Shown here: positions 53,887 to 64,000 of the stretch, in pieces | How positions within the stretch are numbered: the stretch's first letter is position 1 | Layout: the number at the start of each line of letters is the position of its first letter | Source of the DNA: Candidatus Undinarchaeales archaeon | Lineage (GTDB): Archaea; SpSt-1190; JASMDC01 | NCBI GenBank assembly: GCA_030753015.1 | Contig: JASMDC010000004.1 | Location: 1-64,000 of the forward strand | Length of the DNA stretch: 64,000 nucleotides | Reading direction: 5' to 3' | The notes under the pieces: model-generated | What the model was told of the DNA's origin: nothing | What the model saw: only the letters and a program-made list of their open reading frames with translations | Database searches by the model: none | Made by a program: the position numbers and the translations under genes

Positions 53887-56433
53887 TCAGGATTGATTCC
53901 GTACGTAATAATACCTGTATACTAACGAGAACATCAGTGCTAACATTAGGATGACGATCACTCCTTTACGCGTCATACTACCCTTTCCCCCTCCTTCCTG
54001 GAGAACAACGATTGAACCATCGTCCGACACGTAATAAAGGGATTCGTCCGCTGGCACGATACTAGATGCGATTGGATTATTCGTACGATAGCTCCATACC
54101 TCACTCCCATCTCTAGCATCGAGGGCGCGGATGTGCCGATCGCTGGTGCCCACGAAAAGAACGCCATCCTTGATGGTTGGTGAAAGGGTAGGATTGATCC
54201 CCTTTTCTATCTTCCAGTGTACATCACCGGTCTGAGCATCGAGAGCGTAGATATCAGGGGACAGGATATAGAGGATACCATCCGCGAGAACGGGTGCCGT
54301 TACGATTGAACTATTGGTTTGAAAGGTCCATATCTCAATACCATTCACTGCGTCCAAGGCATAGACAGCGCCGTCCTCTGAACCGAAATAGACGATCCCA
54401 TCGGCCACATATGGAGAGGCAAAAACCGATCCCTGCGTATGATACATCCATTTTTTCCCCCCCGTCTTTCCATCGAGCGCATAGACGTTTGCGTTGCCTG
54501 AACCTACGTACAAGATACCGTTCGCATAGACTGGTTGAGACTTGAGGCCCGCCCCGAGGGTACGGTTCCATACATGCTTACCGGTAGCTTCCTCCAGTGC
54601 AATGATTTTACTGCCGTCCGTAGAGATGAAGAGGAGGCCGTCCCCCCCAACAGGGGGAAGAAGCGAGTCCGCTCGATCGGTATAATAGGTCCATAGGATC
54701 CCCCCACTATCAACATCCACTGCATAGGCGAACATATTCTCTGAGGTGAAGACGACCTTCTCATTCGATACGAAGGGTGTTGAGAGCCTGTGGAACCCCT
54801 CCATATGGAATGACCATTGAATTGAACCCGTCAGAGCATTAATTGCATAGAGGTGACCATCCGACGATGTGCTATAGACGTTCCCCGCCTCAATAACGAG
54901 GGGGGGAGCAATCGCGCCCCCTGACTTGAAGCTCCACGCGGGTCCGAAATCGAAGGAGAAATCCTTTCGAGAAGACGCTCCTTGCGTTCCTACATCCTCT
55001 GCCAGTACCTCGTTCACAGGTGTGGGCTCGGGAGGGATCATGGCCGTAGATGGGATGACTGTTATAGTTGACCGCCTACATCCATAATTCTTTTTCTCGT
55101 CCTCGCAACATACCCTTGCTGTATGATGGCCCTCCCCTAGGTCGAGCTCCCACAGTACCGTCCCATTCAGGTTATCGGTCCAGGAATGGGGCTCACCATC
55201 GATGAGAAGGCCACAGTCAGTTATTGATGGATACTCATTAGTGACATTCACGAACAAGGTGACCATCCTAGATGCGACGGTTACATCTTGGATTTCGAAA
55301 AACGGGGGAGCCCCTTCAAGGACCGTAATCCTGGCGGAGTCCCCATCCATCGATGGGCCGAGGTCGTTTACAATCTGCTGTATCTCCTTGGCAAGTGCTT
55401 GCGCAGCCAGGTCATGGGCTTGGGCGTTCGGATGCATGTCGCGAGGATGGACATGGAAGTCCTCATCATCCCCCCCTGCGTATAGCGGGAGCAGGTCAAC
55501 GGCCCTGATCCCATTTTCACGGCAGAAGGTCATGATGAGGTCGTGGATACCGTTAAAGGGATAGTCCCTCAGGTTATAGAAATGGGGGAAGACCATTACG
55601 ATAAGGGTAATGTTACTCTCCTCTGCTACCCTCTTCATCTCTGCGATGTGCTCTGATGTCTTGGTCCAGTGCCCATCGGTAGTGCCAAGATAATCGGAGC
55701 GGTACTGCTCCACCATCGTACGCGTGGCGACGCGGTTCATTATCCTTCCGGAGATAAAGTCGAATAAAGCGCTCCAGGGTGGTTCGGAATACTTGATATC
55801 CCCTCGTGTGCGTCGTTTATTATAGATATCATTGAGCATATATCCGAGAACGACAATATGGGGTTTCACCCCGGGTTCCAACCACGTTAATTGCTCGATT
55901 TCTTGGCGAGTAGAATATCCCTGCACTGCCGCATTGAGTACTTGGTACCGTTCACCCCCTTGGGCACTCCCCTGAAGGAAGCGTTCCAATCGAGAAGAAT
56001 AGGTATCTTCATTGGCAACACCATAACCAAATGAAAAGGAGTCCCCGAGCACAAGCACCCTCACAGACCCATTGCTCGTGAGGAGTCTCCGATCGGGTCC
56101 ACGCATCCCCCATGAATTAATGTGATACTCGACCCTCCCATCCGGGGGGAGCGTATTATATGGATCTCCATCGTACATGGTGAAGAAAGTACTATTAGGT
56201 ATGGGCTCGTACTCCAACATGGGATTAGCACTCGAGCGTATGGCGAACGTACCGCTTTGCAGTTCAAGTGGGGAAGGGGTGAACATCCGAACACCAATCT
56301 CCAGGAGGAGTAAGGTCATCATCACACTTACTCCGACCACGATCACTTTTCCCTTGAATTGAGGTGTAATACGGCCGCGTTGCTTGGTCCTATCCTCTCC
56401 CTTACCATTAGGCATTATCGACGTCGAGGCCAT
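53887..56433 (-). CDS. SGNH/GDSL hydrolase-like domain fused to PQQ-type beta-propeller
   Basis: INSWGMR, LGDSFSFG, NAAVQGY, LND, DMHPN; repeated VYALD..TG...W blades; TM at both ends. Confidence 0.85.
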   Translation of the reverse strand: MASTSIMPNGKGEDRTKQRGRITPQFKGKVIVVGVSVMMTLLLLEIGVRMFTPSPLELQSGTFAIRSSANPMLEYEPIPNSTFFTMYDGDPYNTLPPDGRVEYHINSWGMRGPDRRLLTSNGSVRVLVLGDSFSFGYGVANEDTYSSRLERFLQGSAQGGERYQVLNAAVQGYSTRQEIEQLTWLEPGVKPHIVVLGYMLNDIYNKRRTRGDIKYSEPPWSALFDFISGRIMNRVATRTMVEQYRSDYLGTTDGHWTKTSEHIAEMKRVAEESNITLIVMVFPHFYNLRDYPFNGIHDLIMTFCRENGIRAVDLLPLYAGGDDEDFHVHPRDMHPNAQAHDLAAQALAKEIQQIVNDLGPSMDGDSARITVLEGAPPFFEIQDVTVASRMVTLFVNVTNEYPSITDCGLLIDGEPHSWTDNLNGTVLWELDLGEGHHTARVCCEDEKKNYGCRRSTITVIPSTAMIPPEPTPVNEVLAEDVGTQGASSRKDFSFDFGPAWSFKSGGAIAPPLVIEAGNVYSTSSDGHLYAINALTGSIQWSFHMEGFHRLSTPFVSNEKVVFTSENMFAYAVDVDSGGILWTYYTDRADSLLPPVGGDGLLFISTDGSKIIALEEATGKHVWNRTLGAGLKSQPVYANGILYVGSGNANVYALDGKTGGKKWMYHTQGSVFASPYVADGIVYFGSEDGAVYALDAVNGIEIWTFQTNSSIVTAPVLADGILYILSPDIYALDAQTGDVHWKIEKGINPTLSPTIKDGVLFVGTSDRHIRALDARDGSEVWSYRTNNPIASSIVPADESLYYVSDDGSIVVLQEGGGKGSMTRKGVIVILMLALMFSLVYRYYYVRNQS

Positions 56434-56866
56434 GGGAGTTTCCCTTAGAATCTGATTGGGTCTCCGGTGCAATGCTGGAAGGGCGATCCTTGCCAGATTT
56501 CCTGGACAGGAAAAGTGGGCTCAAGAAGAAGTTGGTTTGACCTATTTGCGTCACTACAATCCGAACGGATGAATTCCTCCATTGCTCAGTTCCTCTGATA
56601 GAGGAAGTCGTACCTGATGGAAAGTGGGCCTTCCGACGTTGAATGGATGAGGGGTTTAATGTGATACAACTGATAATGGTCGCCAGCACCCTCATCCATC
56701 CTCTTTCGCATTATCACGAATGCGTCATGCTTTTCAAGTAATAAAAGGGTTACGCTCCATCCTTTATCGAGGGACATCGCCTCGTTTACGTTCATGGTTT
56801 CTGTCCATCGTTACTGAACGGACGTGGTGATGGACCATTCCACCTCTGGCCAGACGCAGGTATCCT

Positions 56867-57607
56867 CTACCCAATCACGGGATTCGCGTCAATATCGAAC
56901 GGGTTCGTCCTCATCGCGAGGGAGAACAGGTACGGGTGGTCGTCCTTGAGGTGCCTCATGTACGCAAGCCACTGACGGACGAGCAGGACGTAGGCGCGTT
57001 GCAGGTCCTTGGCCAGGTGCTCACGGTCAGTGTCGGGGAGCACGTCGAGGTCCGGACGGACAGCCAGTTCCTCGGTAAGGTGGAACACAGCCTGGAGGAG
57101 TTCGGTGAACGACTCGTGCTCCAGGAGGTTGGGATTGGCGAGCAGGCGCACCATGACCTTCCGCTTCTCGATGAGGAACCGCCGCAGGTCCTCGAGCTCC
57201 ACACGGTCGATCTCGATGTCGTAGCCATGGTCCTCCAGTCCCAACACTACCCGGTCGAAGTGCTCGTCGTCCCAGTCACCAGTGATGATAAGGCGCTTCC
57301 GGATCGAGTCGACGTACGGGTCCAAGTGGGCGAAGTACTTCAGCAGCAGGGTCCCGGCCTCGCTGAAGAACACACCGATGAGCATGTTCAACTTCTCCAA
57401 GCGGATGTGGCGCTCTCGCTCGTTGAGCACCTTCTCGACGATTAGGGAGACCAGGAGGACCTCGATGGGGAGGAAGGCGAGGTCGCTCACCATGAACTTG
57501 CCGATGTGCTCCGGATCATGGAAGATGACGAAGTGGACGAGGTAGATGATCGTGGAGGTTACGACGAGGATGATGGCCAGTCGTGCCTCCCAGCTCAGGC
57601 GTCCCAC
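56867..57607 (-). CDS. Conserved hypothetical 2-TM protein
   Basis: LAFLPIEVLLV, KLNMLIGVFFSE.G, NPNLLEHESFT, YPYLF-like tail; host-like codon usage. Confidence 0.75.
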   Translation of the reverse strand: MGRLSWEARLAIILVVTSTIIYLVHFVIFHDPEHIGKFMVSDLAFLPIEVLLVSLIVEKVLNERERHIRLEKLNMLIGVFFSEAGTLLLKYFAHLDPYVDSIRKRLIITGDWDDEHFDRVVLGLEDHGYDIEIDRVELEDLRRFLIEKRKVMVRLLANPNLLEHESFTELLQAVFHLTEELAVRPDLDVLPDTDREHLAKDLQRAYVLLVRQWLAYMRHLKDDHPYLFSLAMRTNPFDIDANPVIG

Positions 57608-57672
57608 AGCTCTTGAGCAGGTGAGAAAAGGCTATTTATGTCTTTGCCCCCTGGCCTTCCCGGGGATACGGC

Positions 57673-58983
57673 GTGACCACCGAGGAGACCCTGTTCATCA
57701 AGAACGGTACTATAGTCACCATGGGTGAGCAGAACCGAGTGTTGAAGGGCTCGGTGCTCATGGAAGGTGGTCGTATCGCCGCGGTCGGGGACGTCAAGAC
57801 CACTGCTGACAAGGTAGTCGATGCTACAGGAAAGCTGGTCATCCCGGGTATCCCCTGCGGTCATTCCCATATGTACGGGGTGTTCTCCCGGGGCATGGCA
57901 CTCAAGTCCGAACCCGCTACGGACTTCAAGGAGATACTGGAGCGATTGTGGTGGATGCTCGACAAGGGGCTCACGCTCAAGGACGTTCGGCTCTCGGCCG
58001 AGGTGTGCCTGTGCGAGGCCATCCGCTGTGGCACGACATCATTCGCCGAGCATCATGCGTCGCCCAACGCGGTCATCGGCAGCCTCCAGACCATCGCCGA
58101 CGCTGTGGACCGGGCCGGGCTGAGAGGACTGTTGTGCTACGAGACCTCGGACCGCGACGGCGAAGATATCGCACGGCAGGGCATTGAGGAGAACCGCGCC
58201 TTCGCTGCCAGCTACCGTGACCACCCGCGGATCCGCGGTAACTTCGGGCTGCACGCATCGCTCACCCTCTCGGACGAGACCCTGGCCCGGTGCGTCGAGG
58301 CCGAGGGCCCGCTGGGCTGTGGGTTCCATGTTCACGTGGCCGAGGGCCAATGCGATGTGGATGATGCGAAAGAGAAGTACGACATGGGTGTGGTGGAGCG
58401 GCTCCATGACCGGGGCATCTCCGGTCCGCGCTCGATCTTCGTCCATTGCGTCCACGCATCAGATGCAGAGAAGGACCTGCTGGCCAGTACAAAGACCCAC
58501 GTGGCCCACAATCCCGAGTCGAACATGAACAACGCCGTGGGCGTTGCCGATGTACAGGGGATGCTGGACCGGGGCGTCAACGTCGGCCTGGGGACCGATG
58601 GTTTCACGTTCAATATGTTCCGGGAAGCAAAGAGCGCCTATGTAGTGCATAAGCTCGCCACCAGGGACCCGCGTTCCATGGGTGCGGACACGGTGATGGA
58701 CCTGCTGTTCCGTCGCAATGCCGCGATACTGGACATGCCCGTGGGAGAAGTGGCGCCTGGCAAGTGCGCCGATGCGGTCATCCTCGATTACGATCCGCCT
58801 ACACGGCTCAACGGCGGTAACTTCCCCTGGCACTTCATGTTCGGTCTCGAGGACTATCAGGTACGCACCGTCATCGCAGACGGGAAGGTGGTTATGGAGG
58901 ACCGCATCATCAATACACTGAACGAGGCGCGCATCATGGCTGAGGCGCGCGAGGCCTCGGCGGCCTTGTGGGACCGACTCTGA
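57673..58983 (+). CDS. ssnA: SsnA-like amidohydrolase
   Basis: HSHMYG.FSRG, EILERLWWMLD, EHHASP, CYETSDRDG, FGLHAS.TL, HVAEG, HNPESNMNN.VG, LGTDG. Confidence 0.85.
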   Translation: MTTEETLFIKNGTIVTMGEQNRVLKGSVLMEGGRIAAVGDVKTTADKVVDATGKLVIPGIPCGHSHMYGVFSRGMALKSEPATDFKEILERLWWMLDKGLTLKDVRLSAEVCLCEAIRCGTTSFAEHHASPNAVIGSLQTIADAVDRAGLRGLLCYETSDRDGEDIARQGIEENRAFAASYRDHPRIRGNFGLHASLTLSDETLARCVEAEGPLGCGFHVHVAEGQCDVDDAKEKYDMGVVERLHDRGISGPRSIFVHCVHASDAEKDLLASTKTHVAHNPESNMNNAVGVADVQGMLDRGVNVGLGTDGFTFNMFREAKSAYVVHKLATRDPRSMGADTVMDLLFRRNAAILDMPVGEVAPGKCADAVILDYDPPTRLNGGNFPWHFMFGLEDYQVRTVIADGKVVMEDRIINTLNEARIMAEAREASAALWDRL

Positions 58984-59026
58984 CAAGATATACTCATCAA
59001 TCATAGAACATGGAGGAGAGAAGGAC

Positions 59027-60124
59027 ATGGCTGATATCTCGACGGACATACTCGGTATGAAGATGAAGAATCCGGTGATGCCCGCGGCGGGCCCGCCCTG
59101 CCTTGACGGCGACGCCATGGTGGCGGTCTCCGAGGGTGGTGCTGGTGCCATCGTGGCCAAGACCGTGAGCAGGCAGCCTGCGAAGGTACCCCGACCCTGC
59201 ATGTACCGGATCCGGAACAGCATGCTCAACACCGAGCTCTGGTCCGACCTGCCTGTTGAGCAGTGGATCAAGACCGAGTACAAGAAGGCTCTGTCCACCG
59301 GGCTCCCCCTCATAGCGAGCCTCGGGTACAACGCCGAGGACATCGGTGAGCTGGCGCCCAAGCTAGAGAAGGCCGGTGTCCACGCTCTCGAGCTCTCCAC
59401 CCATTACCTTGGCACCGATCCCAAGCCCATGGTTGACGCCATCAAGGCGGCCAAGGAGGGGACGTCCATCCCCGTGCTGCCCAAGCTCTCCCCCAACATC
59501 CTCGACATCATGGAGTTCGCCCGTGCCGCGGTGAAGGCTGGGGCCGACGGTATCGTCGCCATCAACTCTCTGGGTCCGTGCCTGACCATCGACCTGGAGA
59601 CAGGGATGCCCGTCCTGGGCGGCGACAGCGGGTATGGTTGGGTGTCCGGAGATGCTATCAAGCCAGTGGCCCTTCGGTGCGTATATGACATCGCCCGGGC
59701 CGTGGACGTCCCCGTCATCGGGGTGGGCGGCATCCGCACCGGACGCGACGCAGCCGAGTTCATCATGGCCGGCGCCGCTGGTGTCGGCGTGTGCACGGCG
59801 GCCATCCTCGAGGGACCATCTGTGTTCGGCCGGATCGCTCGCGAGCTCGAAGTGTTCATGACGGCCCACGACTACAGGTCTATCGAAGACATGCGCGGTG
59901 TGGCCATCCGCAACGCCAAGGGGCGCAAGGGCAAGACAACTCCCTCCTATCCCAAGGTCGATGCTGACCTTTGCACGGGATGTGGCGTCTGTGTCAAACA
60001 TTGTATCTACGACGCGCTCACTCTCAAGGACGACGTTGCCCAGGTGGACAGGAAGAAGTGCTATGGCTGCGGGCTATGCACCTCCTACTGCGCTGTGAGG
60101 GCGATCAAGATCAAGTACTGGTGA
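59027..60124 (+). CDS. Dihydroorotate/dihydropyrimidine dehydrogenase (PreA-like) with C-terminal 2[4Fe-4S]
   Basis: KNPVMPAAGP, AKT, KLSPN, AINS, SG.AIKP, GVGGI; CTGCGVC..HC and CYGCGLC..YC. Confidence 0.85.
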   Translation: MADISTDILGMKMKNPVMPAAGPPCLDGDAMVAVSEGGAGAIVAKTVSRQPAKVPRPCMYRIRNSMLNTELWSDLPVEQWIKTEYKKALSTGLPLIASLGYNAEDIGELAPKLEKAGVHALELSTHYLGTDPKPMVDAIKAAKEGTSIPVLPKLSPNILDIMEFARAAVKAGADGIVAINSLGPCLTIDLETGMPVLGGDSGYGWVSGDAIKPVALRCVYDIARAVDVPVIGVGGIRTGRDAAEFIMAGAAGVGVCTAAILEGPSVFGRIARELEVFMTAHDYRSIEDMRGVAIRNAKGRKGKTTPSYPKVDADLCTGCGVCVKHCIYDALTLKDDVAQVDRKKCYGCGLCTSYCAVRAIKIKYW

Positions 60125-60129
60125 TTATC

Positions 60130-61374
60130 ATGGCTGACCTCGTTGTGCGCAACGCTCTTCTCAGGGGCGCGGACAAGACCGTGGACATCGTCATCGATCA
60201 GGGCCGTATCGCCGCCCTGGAGCCCAAGTTCGGGGGACAGGCATCGACCGAGGTGGACGCGGCGGGCGGGCTGGTGCTCCCCAGCTTCACCGATCCCCAC
60301 ATCCACCTGGACAAGGTGCTCATCTCAGAGGTCGTACGGGACAACGTGTCCGGTAACCTTGAGGAGGCCATCGCGATCATCTGGGAGAAGAAGAAGCGCT
60401 ACACCCTCGACGACATCATGGGGCGGGCCGGCAGGACCGTCCAATGGGCGGTACTGAACGGGACCACACGCCTCTGTAGTCATGTGGACGTGGACACCGT
60501 TGGCGGTCTCATGCCCCTTAAGGGTGTGCTCGCGGCCCGTGAGAAGTGCAAGGATATAGCCGATCTCCGGATCGTCGCGTTCCCCCAGGAGGGGATCGTC
60601 CAGGACGAGGGGTGCAAGGAGCTTATGTGGAAGGCCATGGAGATGGGCGCGGACATCGTAGGAGGAATGCCCTTCAACGAGATGACGTCCGACGATTCTA
60701 AAAAGCACCTGGACATCTGCTTCGAGATCGCTAAGGAGCATGATGCGCCCTTGGACATGCACGTTGACGAGACCGACAATCCGAACGCTCGGACCCTGGA
60801 GGAGTACGCCACGCGGGCCATCAAGAACGGATTTGTGGGTCGCGTGACGGCCGGCCACACCTGTGCTCTGTCCGCGTACGACGACCACCACGCTGCCAAG
60901 GTCATAGGGCTGGTGAAGCGAGCCCAGATGAACATGATCACTAATCCCGCCACGAACCTTATGCTCCAAGGCAGGCTGGACATCGGTAATATCCGCCGTG
61001 GGCTCACCCGTGTCAAGGAGCTACTGGCTGCTGGTGTGAACGTAGCCTACGGTCAGGACTGTGTCAAGGACACATTCTACCCGACCTTCGGCCAGTGCGA
61101 CCTTCTAGAGGTTGGGCTCCTGTGCGCCCATGCGGTCCAGCTGTCCATGCCGAATGAGATCGAAACGCTCATGGACATGCCCACTGTGAACGCGTCACGG
61201 ATGTTCGAGGTGGCGGACTACGGCATCGCTGCCGGTAACACCGCCGATCTCGTGGTGCTCGCCGAGAAGAGCCCGCAGGAGGCATTCCGCACGCACCTGC
61301 CCCGACCTGCGGTCATCAAAGGCGGTCGCATCGTGGCCCGATCATCGATCACACGGGAGCTGGTGCGCGGCTGA
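60130..61374 (+). CDS. Cytosine/creatinine deaminase-like amidohydrolase
   Basis: DPHIHLDK, SHVDVD, AFPQEG, DMHVDETD, AGH, GQDC.KD. Confidence 0.88.
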   Translation: MADLVVRNALLRGADKTVDIVIDQGRIAALEPKFGGQASTEVDAAGGLVLPSFTDPHIHLDKVLISEVVRDNVSGNLEEAIAIIWEKKKRYTLDDIMGRAGRTVQWAVLNGTTRLCSHVDVDTVGGLMPLKGVLAAREKCKDIADLRIVAFPQEGIVQDEGCKELMWKAMEMGADIVGGMPFNEMTSDDSKKHLDICFEIAKEHDAPLDMHVDETDNPNARTLEEYATRAIKNGFVGRVTAGHTCALSAYDDHHAAKVIGLVKRAQMNMITNPATNLMLQGRLDIGNIRRGLTRVKELLAAGVNVAYGQDCVKDTFYPTFGQCDLLEVGLLCAHAVQLSMPNEIETLMDMPTVNASRMFEVADYGIAAGNTADLVVLAEKSPQEAFRTHLPRPAVIKGGRIVARSSITRELVRG

Positions 61375-61379
61375 GGACC

Positions 61380-61721
61380 ATGGGTACCGAGGACGAGCGC
61401 CTGTCGCAGGCCCAGGGAGTAATCCGCGCGTATATGCAACGAGCCCAGGTAACAATCGACGGTCTGAAAAAGGAGAACGCCTCCCTCAAGCAGGAGGTGC
61501 GCCGGCTCAAGACCGACATCGACCGGATGGTCTCCGAGCTAAAGCGGGACCTCACGGGCGAGCTGAGCGAGCTGCGGGGCGTGGAGCAGAACGTCGGTGG
61601 GTTCATGTCGAACTACAACCAGCAGCTGGAAATGCTGCGACGAGAACTGGCAGAACTGGAAGGGCGCCTCGGTGCTCTCGAGCAGTTCCGCCACGACCAG
61701 GAGAACAAAGGCATCTTCTAA
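61380..61721 (+). CDS. Coiled-coil protein
   Basis: Heptad Leu pattern throughout; 5-6 nt spacing to neighbours. Confidence 0.7.
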   Translation: MGTEDERLSQAQGVIRAYMQRAQVTIDGLKKENASLKQEVRRLKTDIDRMVSELKRDLTGELSELRGVEQNVGGFMSNYNQQLEMLRRELAELEGRLGALEQFRHDQENKGIF

Positions 61722-61727
61722 CGGACG

Positions 61728-62159
61728 GTGAAGATTATGGAGTGTACAGCATGCGATATGATGGTGACTGAAGTGATCACCCTTGATGAGGCGATGCTGC
61801 TGGAGGAGGCCATCGCCAAGATGACCCATCACCGGGTGCACGCCGCTCCCGTTGTCCATGAGAGCATAGTAGTTGGCCTCCTCTCCGAACGCGACATCAT
61901 CGCTCTACTCGACGGGGCTCCCTACGCCCGTTTCTTCAAGTCCCACCACTCCCTGCGCGAAGAGGCGGAACGCGTGGGGGCCATGGAGGTCAAGGACGCC
62001 ATGGATCCCGACTTCGAGTGGCTGAATCCCGACGATACCGTGTACGACGCGGCCCGGCTGCTCCACGAGACCGGCCAGCGCATCCTGCCCGTCATCCGCA
62101 ACGGGCAGCTGGAGGGCATCATCACCCGCTCCACGATCCTGGAGCACTTGGTGAACTAG
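61728..62159 (+). CDS. CBS-pair protein
   Basis: APVV...VGLLSERD, LPVI..GQLEGIITR. Confidence 0.85.
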   Translation: MKIMECTACDMMVTEVITLDEAMLLEEAIAKMTHHRVHAAPVVHESIVVGLLSERDIIALLDGAPYARFFKSHHSLREEAERVGAMEVKDAMDPDFEWLNPDDTVYDAARLLHETGQRILPVIRNGQLEGIITRSTILEHLVN

Positions 62160-62165
62160 GAGGTC

Positions 62166-62636
62166 ATGACCATGTTCCAGACCACCGTTGAGAGCGTGAT
62201 GGAGGAACGGTTCCCTGCCGTTTCCCCCAACGAGACCATCGAGGAGGCGGTCCATACCCTCCACGAGACAGGAATCGGCGAGATACCTGTAGAGGAGGAC
62301 AACATCATCCGCGGGATGCTACGGGAGAAGGACCTGTTGCGCCTGGGGGAGCTGGACCTCAATCCCTCGGACCCGTTCTTCCTCTTCACCGTGCTGTTCT
62401 CAACGCCTGCGGACGAGATCCAGCGCCATGTGGAGATCCTCAACAAGGGACGCGTGCGGGATGTCATGCGTAAGAAGTTCGAGCGGCTCGCGCCCGACGA
62501 CGTTGTGAAGAAGGCCATCCACCTCCTGGCCACCGGCGACGAGGTTCTTCCCGTCGTGGATGACGATGATCATCTGCTCGGGATCGTCACACGGGACTCC
62601 GTGCTCCGGCATGTTGTCCGACACGAGCCTGTGTAA
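62166..62636 (+). CDS. CBS-pair protein
   Basis: IPVEE...GML.EKD, LPVVDD...LGIVTR; GGAGG SD. Confidence 0.85.
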   Translation: MTMFQTTVESVMEERFPAVSPNETIEEAVHTLHETGIGEIPVEEDNIIRGMLREKDLLRLGELDLNPSDPFFLFTVLFSTPADEIQRHVEILNKGRVRDVMRKKFERLAPDDVVKKAIHLLATGDEVLPVVDDDDHLLGIVTRDSVLRHVVRHEPV

Positions 62637-62800
62637 ACGCCTCCAGCAGTACCTGTATCTGGAATGCTCTTCAATCCTGATACATCTCCATCGAGATCAT
62701 CTCCAAGGTCTGGTATTTCAAATGACAGCTTTTACAAGAATCGTGGAGAACAGATTTTCCGCTCATAAACCTTTTATCTTCTGACCCCGTCCTCCTACCC

Positions 62801-63886
62801 ATGCCTTCAAGGGATCTTGACGAGGACATCGTCGGGCCCATTGTCAGATCCCTAATTACGAACGACATGTCCGATGTGGAGCGTGCTGAGGTCCTCCATG
62901 ACTGGATAGTGGAGAACATCGACTTCGGGTACGAGACGTTGATGAGGGCTGAGGATCCCTATCGGCTTCGTTCGACAAGGGAATGTCTCGAACAGCACGA
63001 AGGTAACTGCATCGAGCAATCGCTCATGTGGTTGACCATGGCAGAGGTCGTAGGCATCAAGCGACCGTACCTCGTCATCAGCTATGGCGCCCCCTCCGCG
63101 CTCATCGCCATCGCTGCCGTGGGAGGAGGGGATACGGGGATTACACGCTGGCTCATTCGTACAATGCTCACATTGGTACTCCGCCCCATCATGTGGTATG
63201 AACAACGGACGCGCCGACAATCGCCTGGGGACCGTCATTATTTCAACGCGGTCCGGGACGACGATGGACACATCCATGCGTTCGACATCAGTTACCGCAT
63301 GAAAGGCGCCCTGCCGGTCCTGCGAACGAATTGGACGTTCCTAGAGCCGAAGGACGCTCGCGAGCATTTCGCAGACAACGACAACATCGCTCGGACGACC
63401 ATGGAGACGCTCATCAGGAATCCCGCCATCCCCTTACGAGTGATGAGCACGAGGTCCGAGGGTTCATCTACACATGAGATTCACCATCTGCTGCGTGGAT
63501 CGGACGGTGCACCTCACATCAAGGTCACGGTCAACCACACCTGGGAGAGCCCCCGTTCGAAGATCGTGGAGATCCTGGACATCCGCTTCGACCATCGTTC
63601 ATTGAGACCGGTACATGGCGAGTACTCCTATTGTGAGCGTCGGCAGTCATTGGGCCCTTTCATGAGAACGGTCCATCTGCAGCATGGAGGAATGGTGATC
63701 AAGGACGACGGGACGGACCTCTCAGGGGATGAGAAGACCCGATCGCGAATGATGGAGCTCTATAGGCATGTCGAAGGTCTCTCGCCCCCTACGCCGGAGT
63801 TCTCATCCGACGGGAACGTGTCAGCACCAGGCACCCTCTCCATCATGCTCCAACGACTTGCCCTGATCATCAGGAGAGTACGGTGA
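62801..63886 (+). CDS. Transglutaminase-like domain protein
   Basis: LHDWIVENI, GNCIEQS (Cys), RHYFN (His), FDIS (Asp); TTTTATC box about 22 nt upstream. Confidence 0.72.
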   Translation: MPSRDLDEDIVGPIVRSLITNDMSDVERAEVLHDWIVENIDFGYETLMRAEDPYRLRSTRECLEQHEGNCIEQSLMWLTMAEVVGIKRPYLVISYGAPSALIAIAAVGGGDTGITRWLIRTMLTLVLRPIMWYEQRTRRQSPGDRHYFNAVRDDDGHIHAFDISYRMKGALPVLRTNWTFLEPKDAREHFADNDNIARTTMETLIRNPAIPLRVMSTRSEGSSTHEIHHLLRGSDGAPHIKVTVNHTWESPRSKIVEILDIRFDHRSLRPVHGEYSYCERRQSLGPFMRTVHLQHGGMVIKDDGTDLSGDEKTRSRMMELYRHVEGLSPPTPEFSSDGNVSAPGTLSIMLQRLALIIRRVR

Positions 63887-64000
63887 AGACTGCCAGCAAT
63901 GCGCTGCAGTCCAACTGTCCTCATGGCGAACGAGCCCCAGTAATGTGTGCTACCTATGGGCACGAGACCTTGTATACCCTGTCCCCGCCACGATTGAAGA

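Noticed and set aside
56586-56795. 69-aa ORF upstream of the SGNH gene
   Set aside because: No recognisable motif or supporting signal; cannot be distinguished from a chance ORF.
1-64000. Genome-wide TAG reassignment (pyrrolysine code)
   Set aside because: Many genes end in TAG at natural C-termini, including tightly convergent pairs (8495/8497, 26942/26949); no pyl genes are in the window.

Overview
GC-rich archaeal chromosomal window. Archaeal markers are a eukaryote/archaea-type GlyRS, an AglB oligosaccharyltransferase next to an AglH-type GlcNAc-1-P transferase, an archaeal cytidylate kinase, a type A RNase P RNA, tRNA-Ala(GGC) and TATA-box promoters ~25 nt before many start codons; the lineage cannot be fixed from the sequence alone. 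Contents in order: a bacterial-type ruvCAB operon; a DegT / UbiU-UbiV-like U32 pair / acyltransferase / B12-radical SAM cluster; a lower-GC island with an MNT-HEPN toxin-antitoxin pair, a PIN remnant, phased repeats and recombinase-like sites; four large cell-surface genes, one split by an in-frame TAG and one with a 7-fold CGPxxxWDC helical repeat; an APC permease-methyltransferase fusion with a duplicated 3' end; a ~230-nt highly structured intergenic element (candidate ncRNA); a tandem pair of membrane proteins with degenerate KaiC-like domains; an aglB-aglH-radical SAM-GT-C operon; and an ssnA / PreA-like / deaminase operon. No CRISPR array, integrase or intact transposase was seen. Family assignments come from motif recognition by eye, not database searches. 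Start codons were re-chosen where the ORF track overextends.
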